Shown: piece after piece, positions 28,897 to 37,393 of the stretch
Numbering within the stretch: the stretch's first letter is position 1
Layout of the letters: each line of letters begins with the position of its first letter
NCBI GenBank assembly: GCA_021323375.2
Contig: JAJPCT020000018.1
Coordinates: 55,079 to 119,078 of the forward strand
Reading direction: 5' to 3'
Length of the DNA: 64,000 nt
Origin: Candidatus Wolframiiraptor gerlachensis
Lineage (GTDB): Archaea > Thermoproteota > Nitrososphaeria_A > Caldarchaeales > Wolframiiraptoraceae
Notes under the pieces: generated by a model
What the model was told of the DNA's origin: nothing
The model's database searches: none
Seen by the model: the letters and a program-made list of their open reading frames with translations, nothing else
Position numbers and translations under genes: made by a program

Positions 28897-29243
28897 TCTG
28901 CCGAATAGGTCGGCGAGATCCCCGACAACCAGCTGTATGATTGTGGATCCTATTAGGAAGCCCTGAATTATCCATAATGCCTCATCAAATCCTGCTCCGA
29001 GTTCATGTGCGATGATTGGGAATCCGACGAGGGCGAGTCTAACATTTAAGCCAGTTAGAAATGATGCTAGAGTTGTAACGGATAAGACCGTTAATACCCT
29101 CCCGCGCTCAGGCCCATCCGTCCCTACTCACCTTATGCTTGCCAGTTAGGAATCGCGGTTACATCTTATACTATAAGCCTTGCCGAGATCAATAGCAACC
29201 CTCCTAACATCATTTTTCAGAAATGCGGCTCAGAGGCTACGGG

Positions 29244-29570
29244 TTATTGCCCGGCGTCTTTCTTCCTTTTCCTAGCATGATACTCGATGGATGCTATCTC
29301 CTTCTCCGTCTCCTCTATGATTCTGCTAGGCCTGCTTGCCAGGTAATGAAAGGCTAGGCCGATGCCCCATCCCGCGAGGATGAAGGGGAACCATAAGGAG
29401 CCAGGGCTTGTCCAAAGGTTGATGAAGATGAGGAAGGCATTCACGATTACGTATGCTGCGAGATGGCTGACGAAACCTCTTCTAGCCTCGGTCACCCGAA
29501 GCTCCTTTAAGGCCTCCTTGAAATTCTCGAGAGATATCTCTTCACCCATCTTCTTGCGAGCGTTAATCAT
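29244..29570 (-). CDS. Small membrane protein with 2TM domain
   Basis: 108 aa. Two TM helices with FVSHLAAYVIVNAFLIFINL and WFPFILAGWGIGLAFHY, typical of the 2TM family. Confidence 0.6.
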   Translation of the reverse strand: MINARKKMGEEISLENFKEALKELRVTEARRGFVSHLAAYVIVNAFLIFINLWTSPGSLWFPFILAGWGIGLAFHYLASRPSRIIEETEKEIASIEYHARKRKKDAGQ

Positions 29571-29933
29571 GGATCATGGTATATAAGCTTTCACGAGCAT
29601 CAGTCTTGCTCCGCTCGACCTCGACGGCTGTTCCATATGATGAGACTAGAACTACGGTCTGGAACACTTCCGTGGTCCCGAAGTCTATTCCCACGACGGC
29701 GTTCGCGCCGAGCTTTCTAGCCTCTTCAACAATCCTTCTTAAAACCTCCTCCTGGCCTTCTGCATCTCCTTGGTGATTGCTGAGACCTCTCAGCCAAAGG
29801 CCGTCTGTATGCTGGCTATAAACCCGCCACCAACACCGCGAGTCCTCGCTGTCATCCCATGAACCACCCCGAGAATCCTCTTAACCCTATAACCCAGAAT
29901 ACTCGGCGTCATAACGAGAATCACTTCGCTCAT
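29563..29933 (-). pseudogene. YbjQ/UPF0145-family gene disrupted by one in-frame TGA and one frameshift
   Basis: Hand translation gives MSEVILVMTPSILGYRVKRILGVVHGMTARTRGVGGGFIASIQTAFG-TGA-EVSAITKEMQKAR, then a frame change in an AGGAGGAGG run. The new frame reads EEVLRRIVEEARKLGANAVVGIDFGTTEVFQTVVLVSSYGTAVEVE. This is collinear with E. coli YbjQ-type proteins. It is not in the ORF track because it is broken. Confidence 0.8.
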
Positions 29934-30026
29934 GATCCTTCACAGCTCATGGATGATGATCGGATATAGCCTTTTTTCCATGATTAGGAAAAATCTAAAC
30001 TCGGGGCTATGCCTTAGTCACATGGA

Positions 30027-31271
30027 ATGAGCAGGGTTCTCCTAATTCCTGTCGCATCTCCACTACATGATCCAGCGGCCGTGAGAAGGATCCTTGAGGA
30101 GTATCGCAACTGTTTGCAGGGGGAGGTTGATGAGATTCTCCCACTGATTACCGAGAAGAAGCAGTTGGATGGACTCAAGTCCATTAGGGACAGCCTGGCC
30201 GTGGTCGTCCCGCTGACGGGCGGCACAGAACACGTGATTCAAGCGATCTTTGAGCTTGTTGGCGAGCAGGGCTTCCTCCTCCTATCCCCCAGCCCCATGA
30301 TGAATAGCCTTCCAGCAGCCTTAGAGGCATTCTCAGCCCTGAGAAGCTCTGGGAGAGCATGGATTGTCGCCGAGTGGCCTCCCGGCGCGAGAATACGGAG
30401 ATTCATGAAGGCCTGGAGGGCGATTCAAGGAATTAGGAGCATGAAGATCGGGCTTATCGGGGAACCATCTCCATGGCTCATATACAGCTCCGGGCCCCCC
30501 GTCAAGGAGGGCTTAATGAGTATGTTTGAGAGCTTAAGGCTCATCAGGCTCGGCCTCGAGGAGCTCTACAGCGAGATGGATAAGCCTCTTGATGATTACT
30601 TGGTTGATGAGGTGGCGGGGAGGGCGCTCTCCCTCAGGGTTCCCCGAGGAGATGTTGAGAGGGCCATGAGAGTATATTTGGCGTTGAGGAGGCTTTTCGA
30701 GGAGTATCGACTGGATGCTGTCTCGATCAGATGCTTCGACTTAATCGGGCGCGTTGATACGACGGCATGCCTCGCCGCATCACTTCTCAATAGCGAGCTG
30801 AGGATTGTCGGGTGCGAGGGGGATCTGCCGGCGCTCATAACCATGCTGCTTTTCTCCAAGCTCACGGGCTCATCCTCCTTCATGGGAAACATTACGTGGA
30901 TCGAGGATAATATCATCACAATCGCCCACTGCTCAGCCCCCATATCCATGCTCAGAGGATTCGAACTCGACACGCATTACGAGTCCGGGAGAGGTGTGGG
31001 GGTAAAGGGATGGTTTGATGAGGGTCATCCAGTTACTTTGGGGAGGCTCGACCCCCTAACAAGAACCCTTAGATACATGGTTGGCGTGGTGCTGGAGACT
31101 GCTCCCAGCGAAGGTGCGTGTAGGACTCAGCTCAGGGTGAGGGTTTCGGGGAGTACCCGCGTAATCATCGAGGAGGCAATCGGCAACCACTATGTGATCG
31201 TGCTGGCCGACCTATCCGAGGAGCTGAGATACGTGGCGCGAATATTAAACGTAAAGTTGGATGGGACATAA
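30027..31271 (+). CDS. L-fucose/L-arabinose isomerase-family protein (putative sugar isomerase)
   Basis: 414 aa. Contains GCEGDLPALITM, HYESGRG and a C-terminal GNHYVIVLAD block, as in the FucI/AraA-like family. Substrate unknown. Confidence 0.55.
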   Translation: MSRVLLIPVASPLHDPAAVRRILEEYRNCLQGEVDEILPLITEKKQLDGLKSIRDSLAVVVPLTGGTEHVIQAIFELVGEQGFLLLSPSPMMNSLPAALEAFSALRSSGRAWIVAEWPPGARIRRFMKAWRAIQGIRSMKIGLIGEPSPWLIYSSGPPVKEGLMSMFESLRLIRLGLEELYSEMDKPLDDYLVDEVAGRALSLRVPRGDVERAMRVYLALRRLFEEYRLDAVSIRCFDLIGRVDTTACLAASLLNSELRIVGCEGDLPALITMLLFSKLTGSSSFMGNITWIEDNIITIAHCSAPISMLRGFELDTHYESGRGVGVKGWFDEGHPVTLGRLDPLTRTLRYMVGVVLETAPSEGACRTQLRVRVSGSTRVIIEEAIGNHYVIVLADLSEELRYVARILNVKLDGT

Positions 31272-31341
31272 GAGTGGGGATATGCCAATAAGATCTTCTG
31301 CGTAGAGCTTGAAAAGTTACCACATTATTCTTCACATCCTT

Positions 31342-32271
31342 CTAGGATTTCTCGAATCTTCTTCTTAGCTCCATAATTAGCTCCTCTAGGCTTGTGTACG
31401 TATCTTTTCTTAGCTGTTTTAGTATGACGCTTGCCGGGACCCGTGTCTTAGGATCTATGTCTATCAGCTTCCACCCATGCATTTTGATGAGCTCCTGCTT
31501 TGTCGCCGGGAATCTTGCGCCCCTCAGGACCTCCTCAAGCGAGTCTATTCCGAACTTTGATGTGACGGGTGGAAGCTCGCCCCTCTTCAGGAACTTCTCC
31601 ATTCTCGCTGCATCGAGATACATCGCTATCCCATGGAAGCTCAGGTATACCTTCTTGGATTTCCTCCTCTCAGCCCTCTCCCTGATCTCCTTTAAGTCCT
31701 CATCCGTGAGCTGGTATATGTTATGCTCACCCTTCCCAAATATCCTGCTATAAGCTATCTCCTCATCATCATATGGTGGATCCTCCCTCGAGTAGTCCGC
31801 GACAGGTATAATGTTCATGCTCTTTAGGGCTTCTATGGTTTCAGTTGAGCCCGCCGCCCACCCGCATCTGGGCTCGAGGACGAGCCTGACATCCCCCAGA
31901 TCCACATGATCGAGGATCCTTGAGAGGTTTATCTCGATCTCCTTGAGATTCATGCTTCTCGGGACCTCCAGCACTATTATCCTCGATCCCAGTATCCTGC
32001 ATAGTTCTAGGTGCTTCTCCAGCAGCTCTATAAGTTGACTTGATGGTGTAAGCCTCCACTTATGGGTGATGAGCCTATTGGCCTTTATCGAGAACTCGAA
32101 GCTGCTTGGAACCCTCCTTCTCCATGAGGCGACGATCTCGATCTTCGGGAGGCTGTAGAACGTGGAATTCACCTCGACGAATCTAAATGCTAGAGAGTAG
32201 AGTTTCAATGGATCCTCGCCCAGCGCCTGGAAATAGCTCCAACCACCACATCCAATGATTATCTCTGCCAT
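31342..32271 (-). CDS. DUF72 (YecE/UPF0759) family protein with C-terminal DUF2795-like domain
   Basis: 309 aa. DUF72 N-terminus (IIGCGGWSYF ... VEVNSTFYSLP). The C-terminal roughly 70 aa (RGARFPATKQELI ... YTSLEELI) resemble DUF2795. Confidence 0.7.
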   Translation of the reverse strand: MAEIIIGCGGWSYFQALGEDPLKLYSLAFRFVEVNSTFYSLPKIEIVASWRRRVPSSFEFSIKANRLITHKWRLTPSSQLIELLEKHLELCRILGSRIIVLEVPRSMNLKEIEINLSRILDHVDLGDVRLVLEPRCGWAAGSTETIEALKSMNIIPVADYSREDPPYDDEEIAYSRIFGKGEHNIYQLTDEDLKEIRERAERRKSKKVYLSFHGIAMYLDAARMEKFLKRGELPPVTSKFGIDSLEEVLRGARFPATKQELIKMHGWKLIDIDPKTRVPASVILKQLRKDTYTSLEELIMELRRRFEKS

Positions 32272-32363
32272 ACCCGGCGCATCCCGCCGGCTCTATCTAG
32301 TCAAATAAGCCTTCGGAGATTTATATTCATAGGGCTCAAGCTTCATGATGGGGCTCCCGAGGG

Positions 32364-33539
32364 TTGATTAGGATAGGGACGAGTGGGTGGAGTTATAAGG
32401 ATTGGGAGGGTGTCTTCTATGAACCGGGCGAGAGCAAGCTCCAGAAGTATTGCAGGGTTTTCGACACCGTTGAGATAGACTCGACCTTCTACTCGTATCC
32501 CAGTCCGGATGTCGTGGAGAGGCTGGCCCGCCATACTCCAAGGAACTTCATATTCGCGGCCAAGATACCGTTGGTGATAACCCATGATAAGAAGCTCGAT
32601 CCAAGTAAGGGTGCTCTGAAGGATTTAAGCAGGTTCTTGGAGCTTTTGAGACCTCTTAGGGACTCGAGGAAGCTCGGCCCCCTGCTCATCCAGCTGCCGC
32701 CGAAGTTCGAGTATGAGAAGCATGCCGAGGTCCTCGAAAGGTTTCTAGCGGAGCTGCCGGGCGAATACATGTTCGCGGTCGAGTTTCGGGATGAATCATG
32801 GCTGAGGGATGATGTGATGAGGATATTATCGAGGTATAATGTTGCATACACGATCGTTGATGAGCCTCTCCTCCCGCCGGAGACGCATGTAACCGCGGAC
32901 TTCGCCTACATAAGATGGCATGGTAGGGGGAGGAGCCCATGGTACTATTATCATTATAGCAGGGAGGAGCTGGAGGCGTGGAAGCCCAAGATAATCGAGG
33001 TATCAGGGAGGGTGAAGAGCGTCTACGGGTACTTTAACAACCACTTCAAGGGGTATGCTGTTCATAACGCATTACAAGTGCTTGAGATCCTTGGCGTGAT
33101 AACCCCGGCTCAGAGGAGGGTTCTCGAGGAGGTGGAGAGGAATCTGAGGCATGGTGTTATGGAGCAGCCCAAGCTATCACAGATCCTCCCGCCGGAGAAG
33201 ATCCCGGATAACGTTGAGGACATGTTGAAGCTCCTGACGAATCAGGCTAGGCTCAGGAGGGCTAAGGAGATAGGCGGCGGGGAGATAGAGGTTCTTGAGA
33301 GGACGGAGAGCACGTTGTCGGCGAGGGTTAAAGAATATAGAGTTTTCATAGACCTGGAGAGGAGGATGATCATCCATGATTGCGCTGACTGGGCGAGGGT
33401 CAAGGATGTGCTGAGCTTCTGTAAGCATCTAGCAGCCCTAATGCTCAGGCTCGAGCCAGATTACTCGAAGAGGATCCTGAGGGAGATACTGATGGATAGG
33501 GCTTCATGGACTTTCGCCGATTATCTAGATTCCTCCTAA
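32364..33539 (+). CDS. DUF72 (YecE/UPF0759) family protein with C-terminal SWIM-like zinc-finger domain
   Basis: 391 aa with a TTG start. DUF72 N-terminus (IRIGTSGWSYKDW ... VEIDSTFYSYP). C-terminal HDCADW...FCKHLAAL is a SWIM-like H/C...CxH motif. Confidence 0.7.
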   Translation: MIRIGTSGWSYKDWEGVFYEPGESKLQKYCRVFDTVEIDSTFYSYPSPDVVERLARHTPRNFIFAAKIPLVITHDKKLDPSKGALKDLSRFLELLRPLRDSRKLGPLLIQLPPKFEYEKHAEVLERFLAELPGEYMFAVEFRDESWLRDDVMRILSRYNVAYTIVDEPLLPPETHVTADFAYIRWHGRGRSPWYYYHYSREELEAWKPKIIEVSGRVKSVYGYFNNHFKGYAVHNALQVLEILGVITPAQRRVLEEVERNLRHGVMEQPKLSQILPPEKIPDNVEDMLKLLTNQARLRRAKEIGGGEIEVLERTESTLSARVKEYRVFIDLERRMIIHDCADWARVKDVLSFCKHLAALMLRLEPDYSKRILREILMDRASWTFADYLDSS

Positions 33540-33587
33540 GCCCTAAATGCTTAATGAGGACTAGAGTGATATCTATGGTGTGGGAGC

Positions 33588-33983
33588 TTGAGCGAGGATG
33601 TTGAGCAGGCTCTAAGAGATCTTCTAAGGTCGGTTGATAAGGGAATCATCGAGAGAACCGCAGCTGATATCCTGAAGGCTCTTCTCCTCCTCTATGGCTC
33701 TGCTTGGGAGGGCGACTTGATGGATACATTGGCCGGTTTATGGAGTGTTAGGGGGATGGGGTTGAAGGAAATGGGAGAGGCCGAGGCGGCTGTACCCGAG
33801 GCTGAGAAGCTCCTTGTGGAGAAAGGGCTGATAAGGGTTGAGAAGAGGTATAGGGCTGATCTCGGCGAGAGCGGCCCCATATTGGAAAAATTCATCTCGA
33901 CAGATCACCTACTCCTATTGATGAGGGTGTTTAGCGGGGATATCGAGCTGGATAGATACAGGTATCAGATGATGCAGGGCTAG
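33588..33983 (+). CDS. Hypothetical protein, possible winged-helix DNA-binding fold
   Basis: 131-aa ORF. The pattern ILKALLLLYGSAWEGDLMDTLAGL ... AEKLLVEKGLIRVEKR resembles wHTH regulators. I recognise no family. Confidence 0.4.
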   Translation: MSEDVEQALRDLLRSVDKGIIERTAADILKALLLLYGSAWEGDLMDTLAGLWSVRGMGLKEMGEAEAAVPEAEKLLVEKGLIRVEKRYRADLGESGPILEKFISTDHLLLLMRVFSGDIELDRYRYQMMQG

Positions 33984-34036
33984 AGTACTGGTGGTAAGGC
34001 TTATTCGATTCTCGAGCATCTCTTATTTTTCGGGAT

Positions 34037-34507
34037 ATGAGACTCTATCTCGTCCAGCATGGTGAGGCGAGGCGCGAGGAAGAGGACCCATCTAGGCCGC
34101 TGACGGAGGGTGGGAGGATCGAGGTTGAACGTGTCGCGGAGTTCCTAGCGAGGGCTGGCGTGAAGGTTGATAGAATTCTTCATAGCGGGAGGCTTAGAGC
34201 GGCTCAGACGGCGGAGATACTCGCGAGACATTTAAGGCCATCTAAGGGTGTGGAGGGCGCTGAGGGGCTTGACCCACTCGCGGATCCAAGTATATGGGCT
34301 GGGAGGCTTAGAGAGGTGGATGAGGACTTGATGATAGTCGGCCACCTGCCACATCTCGCCAAGCTCGCAAGCCTGCTCACATTTGGAAACCCTGAACCCC
34401 AGATCATCGAATTCAGATATGGAGGGGTCGTATGCCTTGAGAGGAAGGCCAGCGGCTCATGGAGCATCCTGTGGATAATCAGGCCCGATATAATCCCGAG
34501 CAGGTAA
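34037..34507 (+). CDS. sixA: Phosphohistidine phosphatase SixA-like (histidine phosphatase superfamily)
   Basis: 156 aa. N-terminal LYLVQHGEA (RHG-type motif variant), then RPLTEGG and HSGRLRAAQTAE. Confidence 0.75.
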   Translation: MRLYLVQHGEARREEEDPSRPLTEGGRIEVERVAEFLARAGVKVDRILHSGRLRAAQTAEILARHLRPSKGVEGAEGLDPLADPSIWAGRLREVDEDLMIVGHLPHLAKLASLLTFGNPEPQIIEFRYGGVVCLERKASGSWSILWIIRPDIIPSR

Positions 34508-34525
34508 GCCGCAAATAATTTAAAG

Positions 34526-34942
34526 GTGGGGGCGGGGAACCTATGCGGGATGGACAGGATTGAGAATATGAGGCAGCGGCTGGCGAAGATACATCTCACA
34601 CTAAAGGCTCCGCCAGAGCGCATTGAGAAGATCTTGACTGAGGTTCTGGAGGCAGGGAGATCGGTTGGTCTAAGTCCCGAGAGGAGGGCTGAGGGCTATG
34701 CCCTCATACCATCACGCGAGGCAGCAGTCATAGGTCTCCCGCATCTAAGAGTTGCTATCATAAGTGATCTTCTAACAGTATGGGTTAGAGCACCGTATTC
34801 ATTGGATGAGGAGAGATGTGTAATCGCGGGGATAAATGCTGGAGAGCTATACGAAATGATCCTAGCTGGAGCGATGAGGATAGCCGAAGTCATGAGAAAG
34901 CATTCTACCAGTGGAGAATTCCTCCAAATATCTTTGCCATAG
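34526..34942 (+). CDS. Hypothetical protein
   Basis: 138-aa ORF from GTG, or 130 aa from the ATG at 34550 (MDRIENMRQRL). No recognisable family. Confidence 0.4.
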   Translation: MGAGNLCGMDRIENMRQRLAKIHLTLKAPPERIEKILTEVLEAGRSVGLSPERRAEGYALIPSREAAVIGLPHLRVAIISDLLTVWVRAPYSLDEERCVIAGINAGELYEMILAGAMRIAEVMRKHSTSGEFLQISLP

Positions 34943-35009
34943 GCTTGGATCACTAGTCATGGCAATTGGCCGGGGAGGCTATCCAGATTCCCCGGGCTCG
35001 GGCACAAAA

Positions 35010-35159
35010 TTCTCCAGGAAACATTTACCACATCGCAATCTCACGGATCTACAGTATTCCTTCCTGCTCAAGCAAGATCGTTCAAAGCGGATCCTGAAGG
35101 AGATACTGGTAGATAGGTCTTCATGGACCTTTGCTGACTACTCCTCGGATATCTCCTAA
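35010..35159 (+). pseudogene. Decayed remnant of a SWIM-domain gene 3' end (paralogous to the tail of 32364..33539)
   Basis: FSRKHL...SKRILKEILVDRSSWTFADY compares with SFCKHL...SKRILREILMDRASWTFADY. By hand alignment, 47 of 57 nt are identical between 35085..35141 and 33468..33524. The SWIM Cys is replaced by Arg and there is no upstream DUF72 body. Confidence 0.6.
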
Positions 35160-35301
35160 AAACCAGCCTTGTAGCTCAGGATAATCAAGCTCGGACATGG
35201 GAAGGTTGCATGCCTTGATAAAATGCAAACAATCCTTTTGTGATTAGAAGTCTGGCAGGCATTATCCTTGATTCTCCCCTCTCTAGGTCTGGAGTTTTTG
35301 A

Positions 35302-35413
35302 TGGCGCCGGGGGCGGGATTTGAACCCGCGCGGCCCCGAGGGGCCACGGGCTATCTCTCATGAAAATGTTTTAGCTCAAGGCCCGCGCCTTATCCTGGCT
35401 TGGCTACCCCGGC
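35302..35413 (-). tRNA. tRNA-Ser (anticodon UGA) with a roughly 22-nt intron at the canonical 37/38 position and encoded CCA
   Basis: Minus-strand sequence: GCCGGGG TA GCCAAGCCAGGATAAGGC G CGGGC CTTGAG[CTAAAACATTTTCATGAGAGAT]A GCCCG TGGCCCCTCGGGGCCGC GCGGGTTCAAATCCCGC CCCCGGC G CCA. It has a 7-bp acceptor stem, a long variable arm, discriminator G and a T-loop TTCAAAT. Confidence 0.9.
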
Positions 35414-35454
35414 TCGGCCTATGCTGAATCGGCCCTAGCTTTAATCATTTCCGG

Positions 35455-36777
35455 CTATTTCGAGCCTGGTTCCCAGCTTCTCAGGTAGTTGATCTGCTCT
35501 GGGGTGAGCTCCTCGACCTCGGCTCCCATGGATTCTAGCTTGAGTTTTGCGACGAGTTCATCGAGCTCCCTCGGCACGTTTAGGACGTCTATCGGGAGTT
35601 TTCCCCGGTTTCTCGCGAGGTATTCCGCTGATAGGGCTTGTAGGCTGAAAGACATATCCATCACATCGCTTGGATGGCCCTCTGCACAGACGAGATTCAC
35701 GAGCCTGCCCTCGCCCAGTAGATAGAGCCTCCTACCATCCTCAAGAACATACATATCTATGCATGGCAGTATCCTCTCCCTTTTAATGCTCATGGCCTCG
35801 AGATCCCTCTTGTCTATCTCGACATCAAAGTGGCCGGCGTTCGCTAGGATCGCGCCATCCCTCATGAGTTTGAAATGTTCTCTCCTTATCACCGAGATGT
35901 TGCCGGTCGCGGTTATGAAGAGCTCGCCGTGCGCCGCCGCCTTCTTCATGCTCTCGACCGCGAATCCTTCCATGAGCGCTCTCAGTGCTCTTATCGGGTT
36001 TGCCTCGACCACGGTTACCCTCGCGCCCATCCCCCTGAGCCTCTGAGCTATCCCGGAGCCAACATTCCCGTAACCGACCACGACGACATCCCTCCCTGCG
36101 AGGAGCATCCCCGTCGCCCTGATAACGCCGTCAAGAGCAGACTGGCCCGTGCCGATCGGGTTATCAAAGAGCTTCTTCGACTCCGCGTCATTCACCGCGA
36201 TCACAGGGTAGAGGAGCTTCCCATCCCTCGCGAGAGCCCTCAGTCTGAGGACGCCTGTCGTCGTCTCCTCGCATCCACCAATCATCCGGCCTAAAAGCTC
36301 CCTAACATCGAGATCCCCGATTATGGGCCTCACATACTTGAGCTCCTCGGACTCGATACCATAATAGAGCTTATGGATCGTGGAGATAAGATCGGCGCCA
36401 TCATCTATCGTTATCTGAGGCTCGTCGGCGAGGACATGGCCTATACACTCGTAGTATTCCCGGGTGGTCTGGCCCCTGAAGGCGTAGACCCTAGTCCCGC
36501 GAGCGGCGAGCGCCGCCGCGACATCATCCTGCGTGCTCATGGGGTTCGAGGCGCAGATGCTCACCTCGGCCCCACCCTCCTCAAGAACCTCGACAAGAAT
36601 CGCGGTCTCAGTCGTGACATGGAGGCAGGCTCCAATCCTCACACCGTTTAGCGGCTTCTCCCTCCTAAACCTCTCAAGGATCCTCATGAGAACCGGAGTG
36701 AAATTCTTCGTCCACTCAATCCTCCTCTCACCAACCTCGGCCAGGCTCGGATCCCTAATCCAGCTCGTTCCCCTCAT
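35455..36777 (-). CDS. ahcY: Adenosylhomocysteinase
   Basis: 440 aa. NAD-binding VVVGYGNVGSGIA and full-length AhcY-like sequence. Confidence 0.93.
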   Translation of the reverse strand: MRGTSWIRDPSLAEVGERRIEWTKNFTPVLMRILERFRREKPLNGVRIGACLHVTTETAILVEVLEEGGAEVSICASNPMSTQDDVAAALAARGTRVYAFRGQTTREYYECIGHVLADEPQITIDDGADLISTIHKLYYGIESEELKYVRPIIGDLDVRELLGRMIGGCEETTTGVLRLRALARDGKLLYPVIAVNDAESKKLFDNPIGTGQSALDGVIRATGMLLAGRDVVVVGYGNVGSGIAQRLRGMGARVTVVEANPIRALRALMEGFAVESMKKAAAHGELFITATGNISVIRREHFKLMRDGAILANAGHFDVEIDKRDLEAMSIKRERILPCIDMYVLEDGRRLYLLGEGRLVNLVCAEGHPSDVMDMSFSLQALSAEYLARNRGKLPIDVLNVPRELDELVAKLKLESMGAEVEELTPEQINYLRSWEPGSK

Positions 36778-36906
36778 CGGCGCTATACAGCAATTCTCGG
36801 GGAATTAAGCCTTAGATCTAAAAGCCCGCCAGCGGCCGAGAATAACTAGTGGATAGCAAAGTGCTGGTTTATTAGCTGCCGAGCCTCAGGTAGGCTCGCT
36901 GAGAGG

Positions 36907-37344
36907 TTGAGCTGGGAGGAGCTTATCAGGACGAAGGAAGGTTATCTTAGGATTCTAGATGAGGTTTTCTCGGCCCTCCCGAGATCTGCTAAGGGGGCCG
37001 GTGATAGGGTGATAGTCCTCAACCCGGAGATACTTCATGAGAGTAGGAGGACTATTGTGACGAATTTCAAGGATTTAGCGGACAAGCTTAACAGGGATCC
37101 ATCGCATATCGCGAAGTTCATAGCGAGGGAGTCGGGTAGGCCGAGCTCCATAGAGGGCGAGAGGCTAATAATCCAGGGCAGGCTCTCGATGGAGGAGCTG
37201 AGAAAGCTCCTAGAACTATATGTCAGGGAGTTCGTGAAATGTCCGATCTGCGGAGGCCTCGATACGAAGATAGTGTCTGAGAGAAGGTTAAGGTTCTTGG
37301 TATGTGAGATCTGCGGCGCTAAGAACCCGGTTCGAAAGCTCTAG
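36907..37344 (+). CDS. eif2b: Translation initiation factor aIF-2 beta subunit
   Basis: 145 aa with a TTG start. C-terminal zinc ribbon CPICGGLDTK...CEICGA. Confidence 0.9.
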   Translation: MSWEELIRTKEGYLRILDEVFSALPRSAKGAGDRVIVLNPEILHESRRTIVTNFKDLADKLNRDPSHIAKFIARESGRPSSIEGERLIIQGRLSMEELRKLLELYVREFVKCPICGGLDTKIVSERRLRFLVCEICGAKNPVRKL

Positions 37345-37393
37345 CAATTGGAGAATTTTTAAGAAGAGGGCTTCCGGCGCTTATCATGGGAGG

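Noticed and set aside
29951-30012. C/D sRNA-like pattern ATGATGA-12nt-...-ATGATTA-12nt on the plus strand
   Set aside because: The C and C'-like boxes have the right spacing, but there is no CTGA at either the D' or D position (TTTT and ACTC instead).
35163-35230. tRNA-like string AGCCTTGTAGCTCAGGATAATCAAGC next to tRNA-Ser (possible second or split tRNA)
   Set aside because: Only the TAGCTCAGG D-loop-like segment is present. The D stem does not close properly (GCTC versus AAGC). I could find no anticodon stem, T arm or acceptor complement.
35156-35347. 63-aa ORF overlapping tRNA-Ser
   Set aside because: The sequence is explained by the tRNA gene and its flank.
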